64,000 nt of DNA from an uncultured Chloroflexia bacterium (GTDB taxonomy: Bacteria > Chloroflexota > Limnocylindria > Limnocylindrales > CSP1-4): NCBI GenBank assembly GCA_963697275.1, contig CAVONF010000003.1, positions 607 to 64,606 on the forward strand, read 5' to 3'. The notes under the pieces were generated by a model. That model ran no database searches. It worked only from the letters and a program-made list of their open reading frames with translations, and was not told the origin of the DNA. The stretch's first letter is position 1; each line of letters opens with the position of its first letter. Positions 46,698 through 57,754 of this stretch are shown one piece after another. A program made the translations under genes and the position numbers.

Positions 46698-48246
46698 GCA
46701 CAGAGACCGCGGAGCGGACCGTCTCGGCCCGGACCCACGCCTGGACCCACCTCTCGCTCGTCGACGTCGTCTGCCTCGTATCGACCGCCGCCATGCTGGT
46801 GTCGTTCGTCCTCCTGCCCTGGCTGATCGAGGCGAGCGCCAGCATCACCGGCCTCAGCCTGCTGCTCTCGGGGTCGCCTCCCATGACGGCGGAGGTCAGC
46901 GCCGCCCAGGCAGAGATCCGCTGGGCGCTGCTGCTGGTCCCGCTCGGCGCGCTGATCGCCGCCGTCGGGCTCGGGCTCAGGTTCTCCCGGCGCAGCAGTC
47001 AGCGATGGCTGGACCGGCTCGTGCCACTGGGCGCACTCGTCTCATTCGCCTACTTCGCGGTCTACTTCATCCACGACCGCCAGATCGCCCCGCAGCTCAT
47101 GCAGTACACCGGCGTCGGCTTCTGGGTGGCAGGGTTCGCGTCCGGCATCCTGTTCCTGCAGCACTTCGCGGCGCGATCGACGGCCTCGGTGCATGCGGCC
47201 CCAACGCGCACGGGGCTCACCGAGCGGCTGCACCGCCTCTTCGGCAGGGTGCTGGACAGTCCCCGTGCCGGCCGCATCATCCGCAGCACGTTCCGGCTGC
47301 AGAGTCTCTTCGGGCTGTTCATCGTCATCGTCCTGGCCATCATCTTCTCGCCCGTCCGTGACGACTCGATCCTGTTCCTGAGCCAGCGCAACCTCAGCAA
47401 CGTCGCCCGGGACGTCTCGGAGACCGGCATCCTGGCGGTGGGCATGCTCCTCGTCATCATCGTCGGGGGCATCGACCTGTCGGTCGGCTCGGTCGTGGCC
47501 CTGGCCGCCACCGGCGTGGCCTACCTGCTGATGCGCGACCTGGTGCCCGCCTACGCGGCCATCGCGATCATCCTGGCCCTGGGATTGTTCATCGGGTGGT
47601 GGAACGGCTACGTGTCCGAGCGCTTCCGGGTCCCGGCCTTCGTGACCACGTTGGGCATGATGAGCATCGCGCGCGGCCTGGCCGTGATCTGGTCCAACCG
47701 CATCGCCGTGCCGCTCTCCTACGGAGAGGGCGGGGCGGACCCCATGTTCGAGACGATCGGCTTCGCATCGACGGCGTCATCCCGGTGCCGGCCATCATCA
47801 TGGTCGGCGTCGCCATCACCATGGCCCTTGTCCTGCGCTACTCGGCCTTCGGCCGCTATCTCTACGCCATCGGCGGCAATCAGACGGCGGCGCGCCTCTC
47901 CGGCGTGGCGGTCATGCGCGTCAAGATCGCCGCCTTCATGCTCTGTTCGCTCTTCGCGGCGCTGGCCGGCATCGTCCATGCCGCGCAGCTCGATCAGGGC
48001 AGTCCCAATGAGGCGCTCTACTACGAGCTCAACGCCATCGCGGCGGTCGTCATCGGCGGTGCCAGCCTGGCCGGGGGCAAGGGCACCGTCGCGGGTGCCA
48101 TCGCAGGCGCCCTCATCCTCAGCGTCCTCGACAACATGCTTAGCCTGAACAACGTCGACAGTGCCGCCCAGCAGGTCATCAAGGGACTCATCGTCGTGGG
48201 TGCGGTGGCACTGCAGCAGCTACGACCCCGCAGTGCTGAAGCCTAG
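46694..48246 (+). CDS. sugar ABC permease with about 190-aa N-terminal multi-TM extension, frameshift near 47765
   Basis: ORF 46694..48148 joins ORF 47596..48246, with the core GGIDLSVGS...GGNQTAARLSGV...GGASLAGGKGT. Confidence 0.75.
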
Positions 48247-48367
48247 AAGGGAGGGTGGCAGGCACGTGATGGTCCCCGGACGAGTGGTGGGAGGAGGTGG
48301 TCCCGGAACGACACGGTCCAACGGTCAAGGGTCCAGTCAACACGACTGACATGCAGGAGGTAATCGG

Positions 48368-49450
48368 ATGAGGAAGAGCATCTTCACGGGGGCCCTGGTC
48401 GCAGCGCTGTCGCTGAGCTCTGTGACCGTGGTGCTGGGGCAGGATGGTTGGGTCCCGTACACCGAGGATCAGCTCGGAGGCGGCACGGTCCAGCTCGATG
48501 CCAGGGCAGAGGGCCCGCTGCCGGCCTCGTGCCCCCAGCCTGAACCCAAGGACAGCTATGTCATCGGCATGTCCCAGGCCAACCGTGCCGAACCCTGGCG
48601 CGAAGCCATGGACAGCCAGATCGCCGCGGCAGCGGAAGGCTACCCGAGCATCGAGGTCGTCTTCCAGGATGCCGCCCAGGACAACGCCGACCAGGTCAGC
48701 GACGTCGAGAACCTGCTGACGCAGGGCATCGACCTGCTGATCATCTCCCCAAACGAGGCAGCACCCCTGAACGACATCGTCAAGGAAGCCTGGGAGGAGT
48801 GCGTCCCGGTCATCGTCCTGGACCGCAACCTCGTCGATCCCAACTACTCGATGTTCATCGGTGCTGACAACGTCGCCATCGGACGCGCTGCCGGCGCCTA
48901 TGCCGCCGAGTGGTGCGCAGCCAACGGCCGCGAGGAGTGCAAGGTCGCCGAGATCCGCGGCCTCGAGGGTGCTCCGCCGGCCAAGGACCGCGGTGACGGC
49001 TTCCGCATGGGCCTGGCTGACGGTGGCCTGAGCGAAGACAACATCGTCTTCTCGCAGAACGCCGACTGGCTTCGCGAGAAGGCCGTACCGGCTGCCGCCG
49101 CGGCCTTCCAGGCACATCCCGACGTCGATGTCCTCTATGGGCACAACGACCCCATGGCTGAGGGCTCCTTGATCGCCGCCCAGGATGCCGGCGTCGACGT
49201 GTCGCAGATCCTGTTCATCGGTATCGACGCCCTGCCGACGCCCGATGGCGGCATCATGTCCGTCCTCGATGGTCGCCTCGGCGTCACCTTCGTCTATCCC
49301 ACCGGTGGCCAGCAGGCCATCGACTGGGCCTACAACATCCTCAACGAGGGCGTGAACCCGCCGCTGTGGCTGGTCCTGCCCTTCGACACCGTTTCCCCGG
49401 ACAACGCACAGGAAGTCTGCAACCAGTTCGCCTGCCCGAAGGCGGAGTAG
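48368..49450 (+). CDS. sugar ABC transporter substrate-binding protein
   Basis: Intact ORF 48368..49450 with a signal peptide and RbsB-like type I periplasmic-binding fold motifs (VIGMSQAN, LLIISPNE, VIVLDR, GADN). Confidence 0.8.
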   Translation: MRKSIFTGALVAALSLSSVTVVLGQDGWVPYTEDQLGGGTVQLDARAEGPLPASCPQPEPKDSYVIGMSQANRAEPWREAMDSQIAAAAEGYPSIEVVFQDAAQDNADQVSDVENLLTQGIDLLIISPNEAAPLNDIVKEAWEECVPVIVLDRNLVDPNYSMFIGADNVAIGRAAGAYAAEWCAANGREECKVAEIRGLEGAPPAKDRGDGFRMGLADGGLSEDNIVFSQNADWLREKAVPAAAAAFQAHPDVDVLYGHNDPMAEGSLIAAQDAGVDVSQILFIGIDALPTPDGGIMSVLDGRLGVTFVYPTGGQQAIDWAYNILNEGVNPPLWLVLPFDTVSPDNAQEVCNQFACPKAE

Positions 49451-49464
49451 CCGCAGGCAGACCC

Positions 49465-49495
49465 GGGCCACGGGAGGACCTTCCTCCCGTGGCCC
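49465..49495. terminator. strong 13-bp hairpin
   Basis: GGGCCACGGGAGG-ACCTT-CCTCCCGTGGCCC, 14 nt after the SBP stop. Confidence 0.6.
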
Positions 49496-49629
49496 GCTCT
49501 CTGGCCGCCTGAAGGACGAGTGGTCCCCAGAGCCCTCGGGTCAACAGGTGCGCAGGGACTCCAGCACGCAGGCGGGGGAGAGCAGGGCCCCGCGAGTGCC
49601 CGGGCGGGTCTGCGCCTGCTTCCGTGCCG

Positions 49630-49800
49630 GCAGCACACCTCCTGCGCGTACGTAACGCCATCGTCCAGGCTGTCGAAGGTCCGGCCGGCGTAGAGGTCCG
49701 GCGTGTGCACGGAGTGCCCGGCGCGCCGCAGCCCGTCCGCGAACTCGAGGAACCCGGCGGTCCGGCCCTGAGCGTGGTGGAACGACAGCACCTCAGCCAT
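49630..49800 (-). pseudogene. N-terminal fragment of a dienelactone-hydrolase-family gene
   Basis: GAGGAGG RBS, MAEVLSFHHAQGRTAGFLEFADGLRRAGHSVHTPDLYAGRTFDSLDDGVTYAQEV, then the sequence degenerates into the SBP terminator. Confidence 0.5.
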
Positions 49801-49975
49801 CTCGTGCACCTCCTCGCTTCGGCAGAGGGGAGCCGGGCTCACCCCGCCGCGAGGTGACACCCTGCGATGTCCACCCTGAGACCGTGATCCGCGCGCGCGA
49901 AGATGGACCTTGCGGGCGGGAGAGGGGCACTGCAGTCCGATAGGCTGTACGCGTCGGAGAGTGGAGGCCGCAGAC

Positions 49976-52411
49976 ATGGTCGCGACGGTCCGCGTCCGCG
50001 ACACCGGCAGTACCGAGGGCGGGCGTCACGCCCTGCTCGGCATGGCCATCCTGTCCGGCGCAACGCTCCTGCTGCAGGTCGTCCTGACGCGCTTCCTCTC
50101 GGTGGCGCAGTTCTATCACTTCGCCTTCCTCGTGGTCAGCCTCGCACTGCTGGGGTTCGGGGCCAGCGGATCGCTGCTGGCGCTCTGGCCCGGCCTTCGC
50201 AGCCGCCGCCTGGATCCCTGGTACGCGCTCGGCTTCTCGCTGGCGGCCGTCGTCGCGCTACCTCTTCGTCGACCACTACGCCTTCGACTCGTACAGCATC
50301 GCCTGGGACTCGCTCCCAGGTCGTGCTGCTGGTCACGAACCTGCTCGCCCTGGCGACGCCCTTCGTCTTCGCCGGCCTCCTCATCGGCAGCCTGCTCAGC
50401 GCGTCCGCCGGCGAGGCCGGGCACATCTATGGCGCGAACCTGGTGGGCTCCGCCGCTGGCGCCATCCTGGCGCCGGTCGCCATGACCTGGCTCCCGGCAC
50501 CGCAGACGGTCCTGCTGTGCGCCCTGCTGGGCAGCCTGGCCGCCCTCGCACTGACGACTGGACCGGCGGGCCCCGCACGGGTCGTGCGCGGCCGCGAGCC
50601 TGGTCGGTATCGGGGCGACGCTCCTGCTCATGATCGTCTTCCCGTCCCAGTTGGAGGTGCGCACCTCGCCGTACAAGGCCCTGAGCCAGTTCCGCCTGAA
50701 CCCCGATGCGGAGATCGTGCGCACCGCCGAGAACGCCTACAGCCGCGTGGACATCGTGCGCAGTCCGACCATCCACTCCGCCCCGGGGCTGAGCCTGGCC
50801 TACCTGGGGGACCTGCCAGCGCAGATGGGCCTGGTCGTCGACGGCGGGGAGGTGCTCTCCGTGTCGCGGGCGGAGACGACGGACCCTGAGCTCCTCCGCA
50901 ATCTGCCCTCGGCGGTCGCCTACGCGGCCAGGCCCGATGCCGACGTCCTCGTCATCGGCTCCGGCGGCGGGATGGAGGTCCTCGCGGCGCTCGCCAACAG
51001 CACCGGCCACATCACCGTCATCGAGCCCAATGCCCTCGTCCACGACGCGCTGGTGACCGATCTGCGGGCGTGGGCCGGGCTGGCTGACCACCCGCGGGTG
51101 ACGCTCATCGGGGACGACATCCGGACGGCCGTCGAACGGCTCGACGACACCTTCGACGTCGTCGTCCTCACCCTCAGCGAGGGCTACCACCCCATCTCTT
51201 CAGGCGCCTTCACCCTCAACGAGGACTACCGCTGGACGGTCGAGGCCCTGGGCTCGTACTTCGAACGCCTGGAGGATGACGGGCTGTTCGTGACCCACCG
51301 CTGGCTCCAGGAGCCGCCCAGCGAGAGCCTCCGCGCCCTGGGCACGATCGTCGCGGCGCTCGGCGAGGGCGACCCACGCGAGCGGATCGTGGGCTTCCGC
51401 TCCTTCCAGCACGCCACCTTCATCGTCCGACCATCGGGCTACCCGGACGCCGAGGTCGAGACGCTCCTGGCGGGCATCGAGGACCTGCGCTACGACCTCA
51501 CGCTCGCGCCGCGCATGCCCGAGGACATGGTCAACCGCTACGCGCGGCTACCGATCCGACGTCTACCGGGATAGCCTACGCCGCCCTCATCGACGCGCCC
51601 GACCGCGGCGCGTTCCAGGCCGGCCTACCCCTTCGACATCACGCCGCCGACAGACGCTCGCCCGTTCTTCTTCCACTTCTTCCGCTGGGAGCAGACGCCC
51701 GAGGTGCTGGAGGGCCTGGGCAGCCGCTGGCAGCCCTTCGGTGGGAGCGGCTACCTCGTGCTGCTGGCGCTGCTGGCCTTCGCGATCGTCGCGGCGCTGG
51801 TCTTCGTGCTCCTGCCGGTGCTGGCGCGCCGCCGCTTCCGCGAGGCGCTGACCGCCGTCGGCGGTGCGCGGGCCGCCCGGTTCCTCGGCTACTTCATCCT
51901 GCTCGGCCTCGCGTTCCTGCTCGTCGAGGTCTCGCTCATCCAGCAGTACATCCTCCTGCTGGGCCAGCCCACGCTCGCTATCGCCACGGTCATCGGAGCG
52001 CTGCTGCTGTCCTCGGGCCTCGGCAGCCTGCTGTCGGTCCGGCTGTCGCGATGGATCGGGTGGGGTCCCGGCCTGGTCGCGCTCACGATCCTCATCGTGG
52101 TCCACCCACTGCTCGTGGACTTCCTGGCACCCGTCCTGCTGCCGCTGCCACTGGCGCTCCGGATCCTCGTCACGGCGCTCCTCATCGCGCCGGTGGGGTT
52201 CCTGATGGGCATGCCCTTCCCGCGGGGCATCGCGGCCCTGCGCGAAGCCACCGATCTCGTGCCCTGGGCCTGGGCGGCCAACGGCAGTGCCTCGGTCATC
52301 AGCGCCGTGCTTGCGGCGATGCTGGCACTGTCATTGGGGTTCCCGGCGGTCCTGCTGATCGGCGGCGGCCTCTACCTGCTGGCGGCACTTACCCGCTGGT
52401 CTCTCTCGTGA
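49976..52411 (+). CDS. membrane-embedded spermidine-synthase-like protein (N- and C-terminal multi-TM blocks), at least 5 frame changes
   Basis: ORFs 49910.., 49903.., 50630..51574 (VLVIGSGGGMEVLAAL, VIEPN, DVVVLTL) and 51704..52411 (C-terminal TM block). Confidence 0.7.
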
Positions 52412-53210
52412 ACGGTACGAACATCACCTCGATGAGACGCTCCATGGCCACGTCGTCCCCATCCCGCGTCACCAGCCACAGCGTCTGCACGTCCCCGACT
52501 GGCCCGATGGGGATGACCATGCGCCCGCCATCGGGGTCCAGCTGGTTCACGAGCGGCCGGGGCAGGTGGTCCGGAGCAGCGGTCACGATGATGGCGTCGA
52601 AGGGAGCGTAGTCCTCCCAGCCGAAGTAGCCATCGGCGCGCTTGAGGGAGACCTCGTCCTCGTAGCCGAGCGCATCGAGCACGGCACGTGCGATACCCGC
52701 CAGCTCCGGGACGATCTCCACCGAGTAGACCTCGTCGGTGAGCTCGGCCAGGATGGCCGCCTGGTAGCCCGACCCGGTCCCGATCTCCAGCACCCGGTCG
52801 CCCGGCTCGACTTCCAGGAGTGCGGTCATCAGGGCCACCAGCGAGGGCTGGGAGATGGTCTGGCCGTAGCCGATGGGCAGGGGATGGTCGCCGTAGGCGA
52901 GGTCGAGGTGCTCGGTCGGCACGAAGGCGTGTCGAGGGACGGCACGCATGGCCGCGATGACTGCCTCGTCCGGCATGGCCGGCTCGAACCAGTCCACGAG
53001 CTGCTCGCGCCGGGTTCGCATCTCCTCGCTGTCCTCGAGGTCGCGATCGAGCTCCTCCGGAGCGACCAGGGGCTCCAGCGAGGCCTCCGCGCCGATCACG
53101 GATGGGGACGGCGACGCAGATGCCTGGGCCGCAACGGACATCGCCAGCAGGGTCACCAGGGACGCCGTGCACAGGAGCACGACGATGCTCGACAGACGGA
53201 TGCGGCTCAT
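52389..53210 (-). CDS. pcm: protein-L-isoaspartate O-methyltransferase with N-terminal signal peptide
   Basis: GGAGGG RBS then ATG 53210 in ORF 52389..53606: MSRIRLSSIVVLLCTASLVTLLAMSVAAQA, then GYGQTISQPSLVALM, VLEIGTGSGYQAAILA, IIVTAA. Confidence 0.8.
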   Translation of the reverse strand: MSRIRLSSIVVLLCTASLVTLLAMSVAAQASASPSPSVIGAEASLEPLVAPEELDRDLEDSEEMRTRREQLVDWFEPAMPDEAVIAAMRAVPRHAFVPTEHLDLAYGDHPLPIGYGQTISQPSLVALMTALLEVEPGDRVLEIGTGSGYQAAILAELTDEVYSVEIVPELAGIARAVLDALGYEDEVSLKRADGYFGWEDYAPFDAIIVTAAPDHLPRPLVNQLDPDGGRMVIPIGPVGDVQTLWLVTRDGDDVAMERLIEVMFVPFTRETSG

Positions 53211-53440
53211 CGATGATCCCTCCATGACATCGGTCCGGCAGGCCGGTGTGCAGGTCGACTGCGCCAACGAGACCATCGACGCGGCTCGTCTGCCCTGGCA
53301 AGCTGCCATCGGCAACCCACCCCCGCTGCGTAGCCGAGGGCCACCAGACCTGAGGTCCCCCTGGACTGGAGAAGGCGTCTGGGCTGGAGCAGACGTCGCG
53401 AGGGACGACGTCTGCCGCTGCGACGATCTCGACCAGCCCG

Positions 53441-56294
53441 TCATGGTCGCCCGACGGGCTCGGGCCGTCTCCGTGCCAGGTCGTCCCGCCGGACGGCGTC
53501 GACCAGGCTTCGCCAGGTCGGTCGAGGCCGCCACCTCCCGCGCGGCCTCCAGGGCCTCCGGGGCCAGCCGCGCCGCGATCGCGTCGAGGGTGGGCTGCGC
53601 GACCATGCGGTAGGTCGGCGGGCATGCGCGGCGTGCTCGAGCGACGCGATGAGCAGCTCGGCGGCTCGCCGCGTCGTCGCCCTCACCGGCCAGCAGGACG
53701 CCGACCCCACTGAGGGCGTGGAGGACGAGCGACTGCGCCTGGCCCCGCTCGGCCAGCTCGAGGGCCCGGCCGAGGTCCCGGCGAGCCGCGCTCGCCGTCG
53801 CCCATCGCGGCCTCCGCGAAGCCCAGCCGACAGAGCGCCGAGATGACGCCCCAGCGGTGATTGACGCTCGCTGAATGCCTCGTAGCCGGCGCGCGCGAGC
53901 CGGAGCGCCTCCGGCGTAGTCACCCGAGGCAGTAGGCGCTCATGCTCGAGCGGCTGTAGCGTGTAGCCGGTCCCGCCGACGTCGCCGACGCCTGTGAACA
54001 GCTCCTGGGCGCGGCAGGTGGAGCGCATCGCCGCCCGGTAGTCGCCCTCGGCGTCGGCCAGCAGCCCCAGCTTGCTCAGGAGGTAGGCGCGGTAACAGCG
54101 GGTTCCCGGACTCGTCCGTCGTCGCGTAGCCGGCCTCGTAGGCCGACACGCGCGCCGGCGAGGTCTCCACATGAACTGTCGGGCGACCCCGAGCCAGGCG
54201 AGCGACGCCCCCCGGCCCAGCGGATCGCGCGAGGCCCCGGAACACCACGTCGGCCTCGGTCAGCCAGGTCGTGGCCGCCGGCGTAGTCGTCGCGGTAGAG
54301 GGCGAACGTCCCGAGCGCCAGGAGGCACGAGCCGATCTCGGGCGCGAGTCCCGCCTGCGCGGACCGCGGCAGGCACTCCCGGGCGACCTGTTCGCAGCGA
54401 TCGTCGTAGCCGAGCCAGGCCGCAGACCGCGCGCGGTAGGCGAGGCGCTCAGATCGCTTGGGGCCGGTCGTGCCGGCCCGCCTCCGGGCGGACGCGATGC
54501 GCTCGAACGTCTCGCTGCCCTCGTGCTCGCCGCGCACGAAGAAGAGGATGGAGAGGTCCGCGAAGACCTCCCTGGCGCCGGTCATCCTGCCAGTGGACGG
54601 CGACCCACTCGGCCGCGGCCCGCAGGTCCGCGAGATCGCTCCGCAGCTCGTCGCGAGCCTCGGCGACGCGAGGCCCGAGCAGGTCCGCTCGTCGCGACCG
54701 CAGCCGCCCCGAGAAGTACGCCGCGTGGTCCTCGCAGCGTGCGGCGACGGCGCGCCAGGCTCCCGGACAGTCGCTCGGCGGCGTACTGGCGCAGGAGCTC
54801 GTGGATCTCGAAGCGGCCGAAGCCCCGATCGTCGCACGAGCGAGGCGCCGACGAGCTCGGAAAGCAAGCGCAGGTCGGCCCCGGCGACGACCGCGGCTGC
54901 CGTCCCGGGTGAAGGCCCGCGCCGGAAGACCGACAGCCGCTCGAAGACGTCGCGCTGCTCGTCGGTGAGCAGGCGCCATGAGTGATCGAACACCGCCCGC
55001 AGGCTCCGATGTCGCTCAGGCACGTCATGGCCACGTCGTCGAGAGGATGTCGAGGCCGCGCTCGATCTCGTCGCCGATCTCCGCACAGCGGAGCAGTGGC
55101 GTCCAGGCAGCCGCCAGCTCGATCGCCAGCGGCAGGCCCTCGACGAGGCGGCAGATCCGGACGACCTGCGGTCGCAGGTCGTCGGTCAGCGCGAAGGAGG
55201 CATGGCCTGGCGGGCCCGTTCGACGAACAACCGGGAGGCGCCGTTCCCGTGGTCACCGTCGCCTCGAGACCGCCAGCCCGCTCGACGTCGAAGACCCACT
55301 CGGTCTGGATGCCGAGGCGCTCCCGGGATGTGGCCAGCAGACCGACGCCGGGCGCCTGCTCGACGATCTCGGAGAGGAGCGGTCGAGCCCTCCGCGAGGT
55401 GCTCGAGGTTGTCGAGGACGAGCAGCGTCGGCGCTCGCGCAGGAAGTCGACGAGCTGCTCGCGTGCGGCGGCGTCGCTGTACTGGAAGTCGATCTGGAGC
55501 TGGAGCGAGGCGGCCATCGCAGCCGGCAGGAGGTCGGCCGAGGCGACCGACACGAGCGGGATGAAGTGGACCCCGTGCTGGTAGCGGTCGGAGACGCCGC
55601 GATGCGGCCTCGAGCGCGAGTCGCGTCTTGCCGGCCCCGCCGGGGCCGACGAGGGTGAGGAGGCGGCAGGCCGGGTCGTCCAGCACGTCGGTCGATCGAG
55701 GCCAGCTCATCCGTCTGCGCCCGATGAACGACGTCCGCGGGGCGGGCAGGTGTGAACTCCCGGACTCGAGCGTCCGCAGCGGCGGGAACTCGGAGGGCAG
55801 ACCCTCGATCTCGAGTTGGAGGATGCGCTCCGGGACGCGAGGTATCCCTGAGTCGGTGCGGCCCGAGGTCCCGAACGTCGATCTCGACGAGCGCGCCCGT
55901 GGCCTGTGACAGGAGGACCTGGCCCCCATGCCCGACGGCCGCGATGCGCGCAGCTCGATGGACATCGAGCCCGAGGTAGCCCTCGCCGGTGAGCTCGAGG
56001 CTCGCCGGTGTGGAGACCCATCCGGACCTTGAGCGGGCCGTCGGCCAGCGCACGCTGGGCCTCGACGGCCGCGCTGACGGCCTCCGGATGCCCGCGCGAA
56101 GGCCGACGAAGAACGCGTCGCCCTGGGTGTCGACTTCCACGCCGTCGTGGGCCGCGACGGCGCCGCGGACGATCCGGCGGTGCGTCGGCCAGGGCCTCCG
56201 CCCAGGCGGACCCGAGCTCGCGCATCAGGCGCGTCGAACCCTCGATGTCGGTGAACAGGAGGGTCACCTCACCGGTCGGCAGCGGCGCGCTCAT
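53441..56294 (-). CDS. class III adenylate/guanylate cyclase - AAA/STAND NTPase - TPR signalling protein, many frame changes
   Basis: [38 protein letters not shown] (ORFs 55707..57047, 55253..56140). Walker [12 protein letters not shown] (55186..55965). LLVLDNLEH, then helical repeats (54582.., 54076.., 53441..54172). Confidence 0.7.
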
Positions 56295-56483
56295 GGCTTG
56301 CCTGGATGATGCGCGCCAGACGTCGCGGTGTCGAGGGTCAGTCAGCCTCTTCTGCCCGGAAGGCGAGCCAGGGGACAGGCCTCGACCAGCGCGGCAGGGC
56401 ATGGCCCATCCCCGGAGTAGCGTGGCCGCCGAGCGAACGGTGACCTGGGCCGCGCCACCGGCGCGATGCCCCATGATGGACAC

Positions 56484-57737
56484 ATGACGACACCGCCCAC
56501 CGTCGTGCTGCTGGGCACCCTCGACACGAAGGGTCCCGAGCACGCCTACGTCCGTGATCGACTCCTCCAAGCCGGCGTGCACGTCACCCTTGTCGATGTC
56601 GGCATCCTGGACACGCCCACCGTGGAGCCGGACGTGGCGGCGCACGATGTCGCCCGCGCCGCCGGCACCACCATCGAGGAGCTGCGCACAGCCGGGCTGA
56701 AGGCCGGACACCGCGCCATCGCGCTGGAGGCCATGGCCCGCGGCGCCTCCGCGCTGGTGGCTGACCGGCGCGAGGAGGGACGCTGTGACGGCGTCATGGG
56801 CCTGGGCGGCAGTGGCGGCTCGGCCATCATCTCCGCGGTCCTGCGTTCGCTGCCCATCGGCGTCCCCAAGCTGCTCGTGTCGACGATGGCCTCCGGCGAC
56901 GTGCGGCCCTACGTGGGCACGCGCGATCTCATGCTCGTGCACCCGGTCACGGACATCCAGGGCCTCAACCGCGTCTCGCGGCACGTCCTGGCCAACGCCG
57001 CCAACGCGATGGCGGGCATGGTTCACGGGGCGGCGACCGCGCACCACGGCGATGCGCCCCTCATCGCCATCTCCATGATGGGCGTCACCACGCTGGGCGC
57101 CCAGGGCATCCAGTCACAGCTCGAGGCCACCGGCCTGGAGACGATCGTGTTCCATGCCAATGGTGCGGGCGGCATGGCCATGGAGGAGCTCATCGACTCG
57201 GGGGTGGTGGACGGCGTCATCGACCTCACGACCAACGAGCTCACCTCGGAGCTGTACGGCGGCATCCTCTCGGCCGGTCCGGGCCGGCTGACCACCGCCG
57301 GCCGCATGGGTATCCCACAGGTCGTCGCTCCGGGGGCTCTTGAGGTCATCAACTTCGGACCGCGGGACGGCGTGCCGGAGCGATTCGCGGGGCCGGAGCG
57401 CCGCATCGTCATCCACAGCGCCTCGGTCACGTCGGTGCGCGCCACGGTCGCCGAGTCGGCCGAGATCGGCGCCCGCTTCGCCGAGCGGGTGAACACCGCG
57501 ACCGGTCCGACGACCGTGCTCCTGCCACTGCGGGGCTGCTCCAGGTACGAGCTGCCGGGCGGCCCCTTCATCGACACCGGAGCCGACGCCGCGCTCTTCG
57601 CGGCCATCCGGGCGGGCCTGCGGGCCGACATCCCCTGCCATGACGTGGATGCCAACATCAACGACCCGGCCTTCGCCGAGGAGGCGGTTCGAGTGCTGCT
57701 CGCGCTCCGGGAACGGGCCCGACGGCGAACCGCTTGA
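56484..57737 (+). CDS. UPF0261 (Tm-1-like ATP-binding) family protein
   Basis: Intact ORF 56466..57737 from MTTPPTVVLLGTLDTKG, with GLGGSGG and VVAPGALEVINFG. Confidence 0.75.
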   Translation: MTTPPTVVLLGTLDTKGPEHAYVRDRLLQAGVHVTLVDVGILDTPTVEPDVAAHDVARAAGTTIEELRTAGLKAGHRAIALEAMARGASALVADRREEGRCDGVMGLGGSGGSAIISAVLRSLPIGVPKLLVSTMASGDVRPYVGTRDLMLVHPVTDIQGLNRVSRHVLANAANAMAGMVHGAATAHHGDAPLIAISMMGVTTLGAQGIQSQLEATGLETIVFHANGAGGMAMEELIDSGVVDGVIDLTTNELTSELYGGILSAGPGRLTTAGRMGIPQVVAPGALEVINFGPRDGVPERFAGPERRIVIHSASVTSVRATVAESAEIGARFAERVNTATGPTTVLLPLRGCSRYELPGGPFIDTGADAALFAAIRAGLRADIPCHDVDANINDPAFAEEAVRVLLALRERARRRTA

Positions 57738-57754
57738 TCCGGGTCGCGAGCCAG

